This document shows positions 1-9,014 of a DNA stretch of 64,000 nucleotides, piece by piece (position 1 is the first letter of the stretch; every line of letters starts with the position of its first letter). The stretch is from an uncultured Candidatus Saccharibacteria bacterium (GTDB taxonomy: Bacteria > Patescibacteriota > Minisyncoccia > Phycocordibacterales > JACNGX01), in contig CAZULS010000001.1 of NCBI GenBank assembly GCA_964621395.1, positions 64,615-128,614 of the forward strand, read 5' to 3'. The position numbers were made by a program, and so were the translations under genes. Under the pieces are notes generated by a model that saw only the letters and a program-made list of their open reading frames with translations, ran no database searches and was not told the origin of the DNA.

Positions 1-518
1 TTGTCGCACGGGTCGTAGCAGCCATCACAGCCACACGGGTCGTAATAACAGGAATCGTAATAGTAGTAATCCTCGTAGACGTACGTGGTATCTTCGTAGT
101 AATAGTCATCATACCCCCAATCGTCATAGCCATGACTGTAATACCCATCGTAAAAATCATCGTAGTAGTTGTACCCCCAGTCGTTGTTGTATGAGAGATT
201 GTAGTAATTGGAGTCGTCCCAGATAATCTGAGGTTCAATCACGATTTCGTGTTCGTACACGACACCATAATCACCTCCATACTCACCATACTGACCATCG
301 TTATCCCAGTCATACGTGCCGCCGAAGCCATAGTATCCGTCATTGTTGTAGTCAAAATCCCAATTACCATGATCGTGATATCCGTAATCAACATCTGATG
401 CACCGGTGCCCCAATTATCGGAGCCGGTGCTTGCCCAATATTCCGTATTATCGGAATCAGCAATATATGCCATTGCCACAGAGGCCGGCATAAGAAGCGA
501 CGCGAGAAGCGCAATCAT
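1..518 (-). CDS. Partial CDS (C-terminus beyond window): secreted, extremely Tyr/Asp/Gly/Trp-rich low-complexity protein. N-terminus MIALLASLLMPASVAMAYIADSDNTEYW..., then DYGYHDHGNWDFDYNNDGYYGFGG... and a C-proximal Cys cluster CYYDPCGCDGCYDPCD.
   Basis: I translated the minus strand manually from the ATG at 518-516. The frame stays open to position 1. It is absent from the ORF track, which appears to list only ORFs with an in-window stop. Hydrophobic signal-like N-terminus. Confidence 0.5.
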   Translation of the reverse strand, partial: MIALLASLLMPASVAMAYIADSDNTEYWASTGSDNWGTGASDVDYGYHDHGNWDFDYNNDGYYGFGGTYDWDNDGQYGEYGGDYGVVYEHEIVIEPQIIWDDSNYYNLSYNNDWGYNYYDDFYDGYYSHGYDDWGYDDYYYEDTTYVYEDYYYYDSCYYDPCGCDGCYDPCD

Positions 519-837
519 GGCACCAAGCGCCGTGACGGTGCGGTACGCGCGCGCATGCATGGTATATGCAAACATATTGTTCATACGAATTGAATTTGCT
601 GCGAGGAATGTGCATCTGCGCACTCCCCACCATCAAATGATTATTTCACCGTGCGGGACAACGCACAGTGTTGATAATGCCTCTATTATACACAAAAGGA
701 GCATTTTGTCAATACCCCTTAAAGAACCTCTTTTCTTACCCCTTTCCTACCATATATAAATTGATTTGTAAATACCTTTGGACATATTGAAAGGGCAGCC
801 TGAGCTGCCCTTTGTTTGTTGTGCCGATTTACCCTGT

Positions 838-1695
838 CTATCGGCGATAATACCTAGGGTGGCGCGGACCACGCCCCTGATGGGAACGTGAGCCCCATTT
901 TTGGACCCTACCTGCCCTCTTCTGGTAGAGCAGGCGTTTCTCGCCCGTCCGGGGATTTACCTGCCAGTGGCGTTCAACTTTATGAACGCTTTTTTTGGCC
1001 CTTACCCTCTTGGGAGCAGGAGCAGGGGAAAGCTTCTGCCGGTGGTAATAGGTGTTTCCCGTCCTTATAATCACTTTGGGACGAAAAACTATCCTTTTTT
1101 TAACCTTTACCGGCTGCTGTCGCCCCACGATAACTGCCTTAGGGGCAACTCGGTCCTTCCTCCAGATCTCCGTGAGAACCACGTTTCCGCAATTCTCTTT
1201 AGTGACGACGCCTGGCTCGTTCTGAAGAACGACCCTCAAGCGCCAACCACCGGGGATGTCCACCTGGACACCAGGACCGACCATGTTTTGTCCCGTCCTG
1301 TTTCTGTACACATGCCCAGACGGTGCCATGTGCACTCCTCTGGCATATGACATACCGAGAAAGTACGCCCCTTCGGGCACATAGACCTTTCTCGGCTCCC
1401 AGAGCTGTCGCAGAACCTGGCGCTGAACGGAATCGAAATCACCCGACTCCATTCTGCCAGGAACTCGCTGCGAGAACATCTGGAATATGCGCTCGGTCAC
1501 CCGAGTTGCATACGCCGGATACTCGTCGCGAGAGAGGCCAGCAAGGCCACCCTTCCAGTCCGAACCACTCCCTATTGGATACTTGTACTCAAGCACCCGA
1601 TAAGTGTGTTGCCGAATATTTACCGTCTCGGCACAGACGTTCGTCGTGAACGCAAAAAGCGCAACGACGAGGAAAAGTAAAGTTTTTTTCATCAC
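838..1695 (-). CDS. Secreted hypothetical protein, 285 aa, with a signal peptide (MMKKTLLFLVVALFAFTTNVCA) and a strongly basic Lys/Arg-rich C-terminal tail.
   Basis: ORF track translation. Signal peptide followed by a folded-looking region, then a K/R-rich tail. No family recognised. Confidence 0.45.
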   Translation of the reverse strand: MMKKTLLFLVVALFAFTTNVCAETVNIRQHTYRVLEYKYPIGSGSDWKGGLAGLSRDEYPAYATRVTERIFQMFSQRVPGRMESGDFDSVQRQVLRQLWEPRKVYVPEGAYFLGMSYARGVHMAPSGHVYRNRTGQNMVGPGVQVDIPGGWRLRVVLQNEPGVVTKENCGNVVLTEIWRKDRVAPKAVIVGRQQPVKVKKRIVFRPKVIIRTGNTYYHRQKLSPAPAPKRVRAKKSVHKVERHWQVNPRTGEKRLLYQKRAGRVQKWGSRSHQGRGPRHPRYYRR

Positions 1696-1793
1696 AAGCC
1701 CCCTCCTTGGGGCATAGGCTTTTCAAGTTACATAAATTATCCTGCCACCATTCTATACCAAAAGAATGGTTTTGTCAAGACCTTGGTAGCTTA

Positions 1794-2032
1794 TGGCTTA
1801 TAGCTTTGAGCTTATAGGAAAAAGAGCGGCGACCGAAGGTCGCCGCTCTTTCTTTTTTGTTCAAACACAATTACAGCGAAGATCCCCGTTCAAGCCGGGA
1901 ATGACAGTATAGATTTGTTTTCTAGGGCGCACGCAGTGCGCCCTTCTAAAAACTACCAACTAATCACTAAAAACTTCCCCATTCTCTCACCACACTCAAA
2001 TAACCACTCCCTCTAAGCTCAAAGCTATAAGC
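1794..2032. repeat. Inverted-repeat-bounded intergenic element. The 22-bp IR GCTTATAGCTTTGAGCTTATAG (1 mismatch) encloses a terminator hairpin, a degenerate GTCAT-hairpin unit and a GTTGGTAG-like motif. A solo copy of the IR lies at ~51075-51096.
   Basis: Left arm 1794-1815 is the reverse complement of 2011-2032. A second copy of the arm, gcttatagcttctagcttatag, is near 51075. Confidence 0.5.
1823..1858. terminator. GC-rich hairpin agagcggcgaccgaaggtcgccgctct flanked by A/T tracts on both sides; a bidirectional rho-independent terminator shape.
   Basis: Perfect 11-bp stem with a GAAG loop and T-tract, seen in the sequence. Confidence 0.5.
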
Positions 2033-2060
2033 TAAAAGCTCGCTATGCTATACTATACCC

Positions 2061-3764
2061 ATGATTACCTTCCGCGATCCGAAACAAAAAGAACGCTACG
2101 AAGAGCTCCATAAACAAGAAGAGGAGGAATTGGTTCGTGTGCTCTCGGCACGCTATGGCGTCCCGTCGACCACCCTTTCGTCCGCTACTGTAAACACCGA
2201 TGCACTCAAGCTCGTTGCCGAAGCGGAGGCACGCAAAGCAGGCATTGCTCCTTTCGCGCTTCTCGGCAAAAAAGTAAAAGTCGCCGCTCTTTCGCCAAAA
2301 ACCAATGAGGTAAAAAGTATACTGGAAGATCTTTCCCGTCGCGGCTATGAGCCGGACATTGTCATGGTCTCCCACGACAGCATCGAGCAGGCATGGTCGC
2401 TGTATCCGGAAATTTCCCGTGCTGAGGAAACAGAGGCCGGTGTGTTTGACATTTCCGGAAGCCAGCTTGAGTCCATGTCGTCGGATATCGCAAAAATCAG
2501 CGACATCACCGCTACCATCGGCTCAATCACCGAGGGCGGTGCGCGTAATAAAGTGACTCGCATCCTTGAAGCACTTCTCGGGGGAGCTATTGCTATCGAT
2601 GCATCCGACGTGCACTTCGAGCCGGAAGAGGGTGGGGCTCGTGTGCGTATTCGCGTTGATGGTGTGCTTGTCGACACAGCCTCGCTCAACACGGATGTCT
2701 ATTCTTTCATCCTCTCTCGTGTCAAGCTTCTCTCCGGACTCAAGCTCAATGTGACGAAAACATCGCAAGACGGCCGTTTCAGTATTCGTCTTCATGATCG
2801 CAATATTGAAATTCGTGCATCGGTGATTCCGGAGGAACACGGCGAATCCATCGTACTCCGACTTCTCGACCCCACATCGCTTGGGCTCGCTTTTGAAGAT
2901 CTCGGTATTGACCCGGCACTCTTTGAAGTGATAAAGCGAGAAATTTCCCGCCCGAATGGCCTTATTCTCACCACCGGTCCGACAGGATCAGGAAAAACAA
3001 CCAGTCTCTACGCATTCTTAAAGCATGTGCATCGTTCGGAGGTAAAAATCATTACGATTGAAAATCCGATTGAATACCATCTCGACGGCATCACACAAAC
3101 ACAAACCAATCTCAAAGAAGGCTACACCTTCGCCCAAGGACTCAAAACCGCCCTCCGCCAAGACCCGGATGTGATCATGGTCGGTGAGATTCGCGATAGC
3201 GACACAGCCCAAACAGCACTCAATGCCGCCTTCACCGGACACCTTGTCTTCTCCACGCTCCACACCAACAATGCCGCCGGTGTTATCCCGCGCCTGGTAA
3301 ATCTCGGTGTGAATCCAAAGCTTATCTCTTCAGGATTAAATCTTTCTCTCGCACAGCGACTCGTGCGTCGCGTGTGTCCTTCCTGTCGTCGTCCGTATGA
3401 ACCAACGGAAGAAGAAAAAACCCTCATGAAGGGTATTATCGAGCGTTTTAACGCAAAGCGCGGTACCGAAGAAACGCTCGAGGGACACACGCTCTATGAA
3501 GCAAACACTGACCCGGATAATACATGTCCGGAATGTGGTGGGCTTGGGTATAAAGGGCGCATCGGTGTCTATGAAGGTATCCTCACCGACGGTGCCATTG
3601 AGCGCGTCGTTCTCTCCGACATGCTCACCGAACGAGAGATACGCAAGGCGGCCGAAGCGCAGGGAATCCCAACGATGGCCGAGGATGGTATTGTGAATAA
3701 AGTCCTCGCAGGTTTGACCTCATTTTGGGAACTTCGTCGAGTTGTGGATTTGGATGAATCGTGA
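2061..3764 (+). CDS. pilB: Type IV pilus assembly / type II secretion ATPase (PilB/GspE family)
   Basis: Walker A GPTGSGKTT; GspE-type Asp/His boxes; C-terminal tetracysteine CPSC...CPEC zinc-binding motif; 567 aa. Confidence 0.85.
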   Translation: MITFRDPKQKERYEELHKQEEEELVRVLSARYGVPSTTLSSATVNTDALKLVAEAEARKAGIAPFALLGKKVKVAALSPKTNEVKSILEDLSRRGYEPDIVMVSHDSIEQAWSLYPEISRAEETEAGVFDISGSQLESMSSDIAKISDITATIGSITEGGARNKVTRILEALLGGAIAIDASDVHFEPEEGGARVRIRVDGVLVDTASLNTDVYSFILSRVKLLSGLKLNVTKTSQDGRFSIRLHDRNIEIRASVIPEEHGESIVLRLLDPTSLGLAFEDLGIDPALFEVIKREISRPNGLILTTGPTGSGKTTSLYAFLKHVHRSEVKIITIENPIEYHLDGITQTQTNLKEGYTFAQGLKTALRQDPDVIMVGEIRDSDTAQTALNAAFTGHLVFSTLHTNNAAGVIPRLVNLGVNPKLISSGLNLSLAQRLVRRVCPSCRRPYEPTEEEKTLMKGIIERFNAKRGTEETLEGHTLYEANTDPDNTCPECGGLGYKGRIGVYEGILTDGAIERVVLSDMLTEREIRKAAEAQGIPTMAEDGIVNKVLAGLTSFWELRRVVDLDES

Positions 3765-3778
3765 GAATATACAAAAAG

Positions 3779-3953
3779 GTACGAAGTACGAACGCCTACG
3801 AACATACGAATCTTGTTTCTTGAAAGAAAACGGCTGTCATTCTGAACTTGATTCAGAATCCAGGAATAAATCTTATGGACTTCTAATCAAGTTGGGAATG
3901 ACAGCAAAAATGGGTGATGGAGCAAAAGCCATGTTCGTATGTTCGTATTGATT
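3779..3953. repeat. TACGAA-array inverted-repeat cassette. (TACGAA)n at 3779-3812 and (TTCGTA)n at 3936-3953 bracket a GTCAT-hairpin unit (3835-3863).
   Basis: gtacgaagtacgaacgcctacgaacatacgaatc ... gttcgtatgttcgtattg; internal tgtcattctgaacttgattcagaatcc. Confidence 0.6.
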
Positions 3954-4278
3954 TGTAGTTCGCAACCCAAAAGAAAAGAACGCATAATCCTCTAAACAAA
4001 ACTTTAAGTAAGACACTAAAAGGAGAATATACACTGGGGATAGTGTCAGCACTTTCCACGGAAAGTGAAACACCAACACGTCCTTGCATATATTCCGATC
4101 ATTTGTTTAGAGGATTATACGTTCTTTTGCATCAAAAATATTCGTCTTTTTTGAGATGCAAAACAACACGCCGCATCAATCTTTCGATTATGCGGACGAT
4201 TTCGAATATTTTGTTTTCAAGTGCGTGGTGTCACTGCCGACTACCAACGTGCGGATATCCTATCATACTTGAAAAAAT

Positions 4279-5313
4279 ATGTCAACCCCCTCTCCTCACA
4301 ACAATACTCCACCTGAAAACACGCCCAAAGACGAGCAAGTCCTGGATACAACGCTTCGTCCGACAAAATGGAACGACTATATCGGACAAGAACAAATTAA
4401 AAGCAATCTCCAAATCCTCCTTTCGGCGGCACATGAGCGCAACCAAGCGCCCGAACACCTCCTTTTTTATGGCCCTCCCGGTTTGGGGAAGACAACACTC
4501 GCGCATTTGATTGCGAAAGAAATGAATGCACAAATGAAGAGCACGTCGGGGCCGGCAATTGAGAAGGTGGGTGACCTTGCATCTATTCTCACCAATCTTT
4601 CCCCGGGTGATATTCTCTTCATCGACGAAATCCATCGCTTGAATAAGCTCATTGAGGAAATTCTCTATCCGGCAATGGAAACAGGTTCACTCGATATCAT
4701 TATCGGCAAAGGACCTTCCGCGCGTACTATTCAGCTCGACCTTCCTCCCTTTACCTTAATTGCCGCAACCACACGTGTCTCTCTGCTCTCCTCCCCTCTT
4801 CGCTCACGATTTTCAGGCGGCACATTCCGACTTGAGTTTTATACCGACGAAGAGATTGCACACATTGTAAAACGTTCTGCCGATATCTTGGGTATCAATG
4901 CTTCAGACGACGCAGCGGGAAAAATCGCCGAGCGAAGCCGAAAAACGCCCCGCACCGCCAATTATCTCTTAAAGCGATGTCGCGACTTCGCCCAGGTCCA
5001 CGGCAATTCCCTTGATGAGGGCGCGGTAAGTGGCGCACTCGAGCTTCTTGCCATCGATGAGCTTGGCTTAAATGCGGGCGACCGTGCCATTCTCGATACC
5101 CTTATCACCAAATTCGGTGGCGGACCGGTAGGCCTGAAGACAATTGCTGCGGCAATCTCCGAAGAAGAGAGCACGATTGAAGAAGTTCACGAACCATACT
5201 TGCTTCAACTCGGTCTCATCGACAGAACCCCACGCGGACGCATTGCCACAGAGAAAGCATATCGACATCTGGGACATGACATACCCGATGACGCGCAAGG
5301 AAAGTTACTGTGA
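4279..5313 (+). CDS. ruvB: Holliday junction branch migration helicase RuvB
   Basis: [25 protein letters not shown], and the RuvB-type C-terminal winged helix; 344 aa. Confidence 0.9.
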   Translation: MSTPSPHNNTPPENTPKDEQVLDTTLRPTKWNDYIGQEQIKSNLQILLSAAHERNQAPEHLLFYGPPGLGKTTLAHLIAKEMNAQMKSTSGPAIEKVGDLASILTNLSPGDILFIDEIHRLNKLIEEILYPAMETGSLDIIIGKGPSARTIQLDLPPFTLIAATTRVSLLSSPLRSRFSGGTFRLEFYTDEEIAHIVKRSADILGINASDDAAGKIAERSRKTPRTANYLLKRCRDFAQVHGNSLDEGAVSGALELLAIDELGLNAGDRAILDTLITKFGGGPVGLKTIAAAISEEESTIEEVHEPYLLQLGLIDRTPRGRIATEKAYRHLGHDIPDDAQGKLL

Positions 5314-5317
5314 CATA

Positions 5318-5510
5318 ACAATACATTACGAATTACGAATATAATACGAATCTACGAATGGGTTATATGACTGCTTCGGACTTGCGACTTCCCCATATCA
5401 CGATATATTTTAAAGTGACATTTCTCTGGGACATCTTCTGAGAAAAACAAAACGTAAACCTAAAACTCCAAATAGAGTATTCGTATATTCGCGATATTCG
5501 TAATTCGTAA
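5318..5510. repeat. TACGAA-array inverted-repeat cassette, with (TACGAA)n at 5318-5360 and (TTCGTA)n at 5478-5510.
   Basis: acattacgaattacgaatataatacgaatctacgaatgg ... attcgtatattcgcgatattcgtaattcgtaatt. Confidence 0.6.
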
Positions 5511-5555
5511 TTTACCTTATTCTCCTACCATATTAACCTCCTAACCTCCTACCAT

Positions 5556-6086
5556 ATGTCTGGACATAATAAATGGTCAAAGATCAAACATAAAAAAGCT
5601 GCGACTGACGCGGCAAAGAGCAAGGTATTCGGCAAGATTGTGAAACTCATTGCAGCTGAGTCAAAGAAGTGCGGGGGCGATGTAAATGCACCGGGTTTGC
5701 GTGCAGCGATTGAAAAAGCAAAAGCGGTAAACATGCCATCGGACAATATCGATCGTGCGGTGAAGAAAGGCCAGAGTGCTGATCACACGGCAATGGAAGT
5801 GGTGCAATATGAAGCATACGGCCCCGGGGGCTGCGGTATCATCATTACCGGACTCACCGATAATAAAAACCGCACCGCCCAGGAGATAAAACATGCATTG
5901 TCGAAACAGGGCATTGACCTTGCGGCTCCCGGGAGTGCTTCGTGGATGTTTGAAAACACGCAGGGAGACTTCACCCCCGCAACCACCATTGCCCTTGGAG
6001 ATGACGATATGGAAAAACTCGAGAAACTTGTTGAGGTACTGGAAGAAAACGATGACGTGCAAGAGGTGTTCACAAACGTAGGATAG
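5556..6086 (+). CDS. yebC: YebC/PmpR-family protein, shortened to 176 aa (lacks about 70 aa of the C-terminal domain relative to canonical ~245-aa members)
   Basis: N-terminus MSGHNKWSKIKHKKAA...YEAYGPGG and C-terminal DDVQEVFTNV match the family. The middle region is missing. Confidence 0.75.
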   Translation: MSGHNKWSKIKHKKAATDAAKSKVFGKIVKLIAAESKKCGGDVNAPGLRAAIEKAKAVNMPSDNIDRAVKKGQSADHTAMEVVQYEAYGPGGCGIIITGLTDNKNRTAQEIKHALSKQGIDLAAPGSASWMFENTQGDFTPATTIALGDDDMEKLEKLVEVLEENDDVQEVFTNVG

Positions 6087-6292
6087 TTACGAACATACGA
6101 ATACATACCATTAATTGCTCCGTTTCTTCAATCCTCAAATCAGACCTCAATATCTAAAGTAAGACCTCTGCCACTTTATTTTATAATGAGTGAAAGAAAT
6201 TTACACGCTTTAATCAGGAGTACAACACAAAAACATGCTTAACCCTCAAACACTAGCTTCGTATGTTCGTATGTGTTCGTACTTCGTACCCC
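6084..6292. repeat. TACGAA-array inverted-repeat cassette between yebC and ruvC
   Basis: ttacgaacatacgaatacatacc ... cttcgtatgttcgtatgtgttcgtacttcgtacc. Confidence 0.6.
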
Positions 6293-6293
6293 T

Positions 6294-6770
6294 ATGCGTA
6301 TTATAGGTATCGACCCAGGTTTTGATCGTATTGGTATTGCGATTGTTGAGAAAGAGGACGGCTCTGATGTACTTGTGCATTCCACCTGTGTCGTTACCGA
6401 CCGCACCGATTCCTTTGCAGACCGACTCGTGACAATTGCCACGGAGCTTCGCACCCTCATTGAAAAGTACCAGCCCGACATGTGCGCTATCGAAACACTT
6501 CTCTTTGCGGCAAACAAAAAGACAGCCATGCAAGTAGGTGAGGCTCGTGGCGCTATGCTTCTCGTCTGTCGAGAAGCGCATCTCGATATTGTGGAATATT
6601 CACCGCTTCAGATAAAGACGGCCCTCACCGGCTATGGAAAGGCGGAGAAGTCTCAGGTTGAACAAATGGTGCGACAATTGGTGGATGTCCCCGGAGGAAA
6701 ACGACTAGACGATGAGATGGACGCTATCGCCGTTGGACTTACCGCTCTCGCACACGTGCATCATCACTGA
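6294..6770 (+). CDS. ruvC: Crossover junction endodeoxyribonuclease RuvC
   Basis: MRIIGIDPGFDRIGIAIVE... with RuvC catalytic Asp/Glu positions. Start moved to the MRIIG Met inside track ORF 6273..6770. Confidence 0.85.
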   Translation: MRIIGIDPGFDRIGIAIVEKEDGSDVLVHSTCVVTDRTDSFADRLVTIATELRTLIEKYQPDMCAIETLLFAANKKTAMQVGEARGAMLLVCREAHLDIVEYSPLQIKTALTGYGKAEKSQVEQMVRQLVDVPGGKRLDDEMDAIAVGLTALAHVHHH

Positions 6771-6830
6771 ATTGTATGAATTGACCTTCTTGTACCATCT
6801 CAGTATTAAGTAAAATATTTTGTTATGTTG

Positions 6831-7012
6831 GGTACGAAGTACGAACACATACGAACATACGAAGATAACCTCTTAAAAGGGGAGTTCTCGTCATTCCTGG
6901 CTCGACCAGGAATCCAGTAACAAACTCCTAGATCCCGCATCAAGTGCGGGATGACAGTAAAAATGAGGACTACGTCAAAAGCTGTATTCGTATGTTCGTA
7001 GTCATTCGTAGT
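6831..7012. repeat. TACGAA-array inverted-repeat cassette carrying two GTCAT-hairpin units (6890-6916 and 6931-6956)
   Basis: ggtacgaagtacgaacacatacgaacatacgaag ... gtattcgtatgttcgtagtcattcgtagtcc; internal gtcattcctggctcgaccaggaatc and gatcccgcatcaagtgcgggatgaca. Confidence 0.6.
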
Positions 7013-7202
7013 CCACTTGCAAAGAATATCAAAATGGATTACAAATAGTGTAATTATACGTTCATCATTTTTTACTTGTTTCTATGTCTATCGAAACCAC
7101 TCTTTACGAAGAGGATACACTCCTTGAAGGACTTGGTGAAAATGAAATAGTTGAAGATGGATGCGACGAAGTGACTCACGAAAATTTTGATATATAACAT
7201 AC

Positions 7203-7230
7203 AAAAAACACGGTTCTCGCCGTGTTTTTT
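7203..7230 (-). terminator. Rho-independent terminator downstream of tyrS (aaaaaacacggttctcgccgtgtttttt, bidirectional shape)
   Basis: Stem-loop plus U-tract 55 nt past the tyrS stop. It is preceded by a TTAAGGTTAAACCTTAA hairpin motif (7255-7273). Confidence 0.6.
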
Positions 7231-7284
7231 GTATGAATCACAAGACCTCAATATATTAAGGTTAAACCTTAATTTAATATTGGC

Positions 7285-8673
7285 TTATTCAACAGCAATT
7301 TTCACAAAACGATGTTTCCCAATGCGATACGTGTGTGTCACCTCAACAACCGTATCAATACCGGTGACCGTTTCTTTTGTCTCGAGAATATGCACCCCCC
7401 CTTGAGTCACGAGCCGACGCGCATCACTCTTTGAATTTGCAAAACCCCGCTGCGCCAAAATATCTACCAACTTCTCTCCTTTCTGCGCACTAATCTCTTC
7501 GGCGTCTTCAGGGATTTCCTTTTTAGAGAACGTGTTGATGAATGTCTCTCGCGCTGTGTCTGCCGATTCCGTACCGTGGTAAATCGCAACGATCTGGTGT
7601 GCCAATGCCATCTTCGCATCACGTGGATTGAGTGTTCCCTTCTTCATGCCTCGCACAATATCTTCCACGTCTTTTTCCGGCGTGAATGTCGCAAGTGTAT
7701 GATACTGCTTGATTGCGCTGTCAGGAATCGACATCACTTTTCCAAACATACCGGTTGGACCCTCGGTGATTCCGATATAATTATCCAAGCTCTTACTCAT
7801 CTTTTCTTTTCCTTCCGTTCCCACGAGAATATCCATCGCCATGACCGCCTGCTGCTCCATCCCATTTGCCTTCATCACATCACGACCCATGTGCATATTA
7901 AAGAGTTGGTCAGACCCGCCAATTTCCAAATCGCACGATCCGTACACACGAGAAAGTACCACCGAATCAATCCCCTGAAGAACCGGATACATCATCTCGT
8001 GTATATGGAGTTCTTTGCCTCCTCTCAGGCGCTCTTGGAACATGTCGCGTTCGATTAATTGTCCGTGGGTGAGCTTTCGAAGCGTGGCGAGGAGTCCGCG
8101 CAATGTGATATTCACAATCTCTTTTCTGCCAAGCGTCTTTTTCTGCATGCGTGTATTCTCAAAGAGAAGCGCTTTTCCGAGGAATGAGCGTGGGTTGATA
8201 GGGGTCACGCCCAAGCGCATCATGAGTCCGCGCTTTGGTTCCATATCCGACACTGAGAGGAACCAGTCGGAATTACGAATCCAAGAGAATACTTCCGCTT
8301 CAGTACGGAGCACGTTCCCTACCTGGTCCAGATACGTTTGCATATTCGCCTCCACTTCACGTTGATCAATTTCCGGACGCACCTTACTCTTCCCTGAAGG
8401 ATCACCAATTTTTGCGGTAAAATCTCCCACCAAAAATATCACTCTGCAGCCAATATCCTGCAGGGCACGGAGCTTTCGAAGCACAACAGCATGCCCGAGA
8501 TGAATATCCGGACGCGTAGGATCGACACCGAATTTCACAATAATGTCGTCGGTATTCTCTCCTCGCATCTTCGCTTCGAGTTTTTTTCTGAATATATTCT
8601 CCGGATCGATGAAGTCAGTAACCCCCCGAGAAAATAATGCATCAAGTGTTGATTGAATCTCTTTTTCGTCCAT
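7285..8673 (-). CDS. tyrS: Tyrosine--tRNA ligase
   Basis: HIGH motif (HLGH), KMSKS, GGSDQ, C-terminal S4-like domain. Start moved to MDEKEIQ (Met54 of the track ORF) because the upstream extension runs into repeat units. Confidence 0.85.
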   Translation of the reverse strand: MDEKEIQSTLDALFSRGVTDFIDPENIFRKKLEAKMRGENTDDIIVKFGVDPTRPDIHLGHAVVLRKLRALQDIGCRVIFLVGDFTAKIGDPSGKSKVRPEIDQREVEANMQTYLDQVGNVLRTEAEVFSWIRNSDWFLSVSDMEPKRGLMMRLGVTPINPRSFLGKALLFENTRMQKKTLGRKEIVNITLRGLLATLRKLTHGQLIERDMFQERLRGGKELHIHEMMYPVLQGIDSVVLSRVYGSCDLEIGGSDQLFNMHMGRDVMKANGMEQQAVMAMDILVGTEGKEKMSKSLDNYIGITEGPTGMFGKVMSIPDSAIKQYHTLATFTPEKDVEDIVRGMKKGTLNPRDAKMALAHQIVAIYHGTESADTARETFINTFSKKEIPEDAEEISAQKGEKLVDILAQRGFANSKSDARRLVTQGGVHILETKETVTGIDTVVEVTHTYRIGKHRFVKIAVE

Positions 8674-8820
8674 ATATACGCTGTAATATATCACATTATG
8701 AGTAAATGTCCCATAGGAAAAAGTTATCCTGATATGGAGAAATAATAGAGTGGTTGTTAGTTGGTAGTTTTTAGTTGTGTGTTTGGCGCGGCTCACGCCG
8801 CGCCAAACACACAAGCCACT

Positions 8821-8934
8821 GTCATCCCGCACTTGATGCGGGATCTTGCAAAACCAAAGATAGTCTTTGGTTTTGTCCGTAACCCACTTTTCGAAACAAC
8901 TCGCTCGAGATCCCGCATCAAGTGCGGGATGACA
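8821..8934. repeat. Palindromic composite. Two identical GTCATCCCGCACTTGATGCGGGATC hairpin units in inverted orientation flank a 63-bp core with a central palindrome aaaccaaagatagtctttggtttt.
   Basis: 8821-8845 and the reverse complement of 8909-8934 are identical; seen in sequence. Confidence 0.6.
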
Positions 8935-9014
8935 CCTATGGAGACATTACCGTGTCGCGCTATACATATTTCGTATTTCATTTTTCATATTTCAATTATG
9001 CTATACTCTATAGT

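Noticed and set aside
406-759. 117-aa plus-strand ORF at the left edge
   Set aside because: It overlaps the manually recovered minus-strand YD-rich ORF and has a GTG start and no features, so it is likely spurious.
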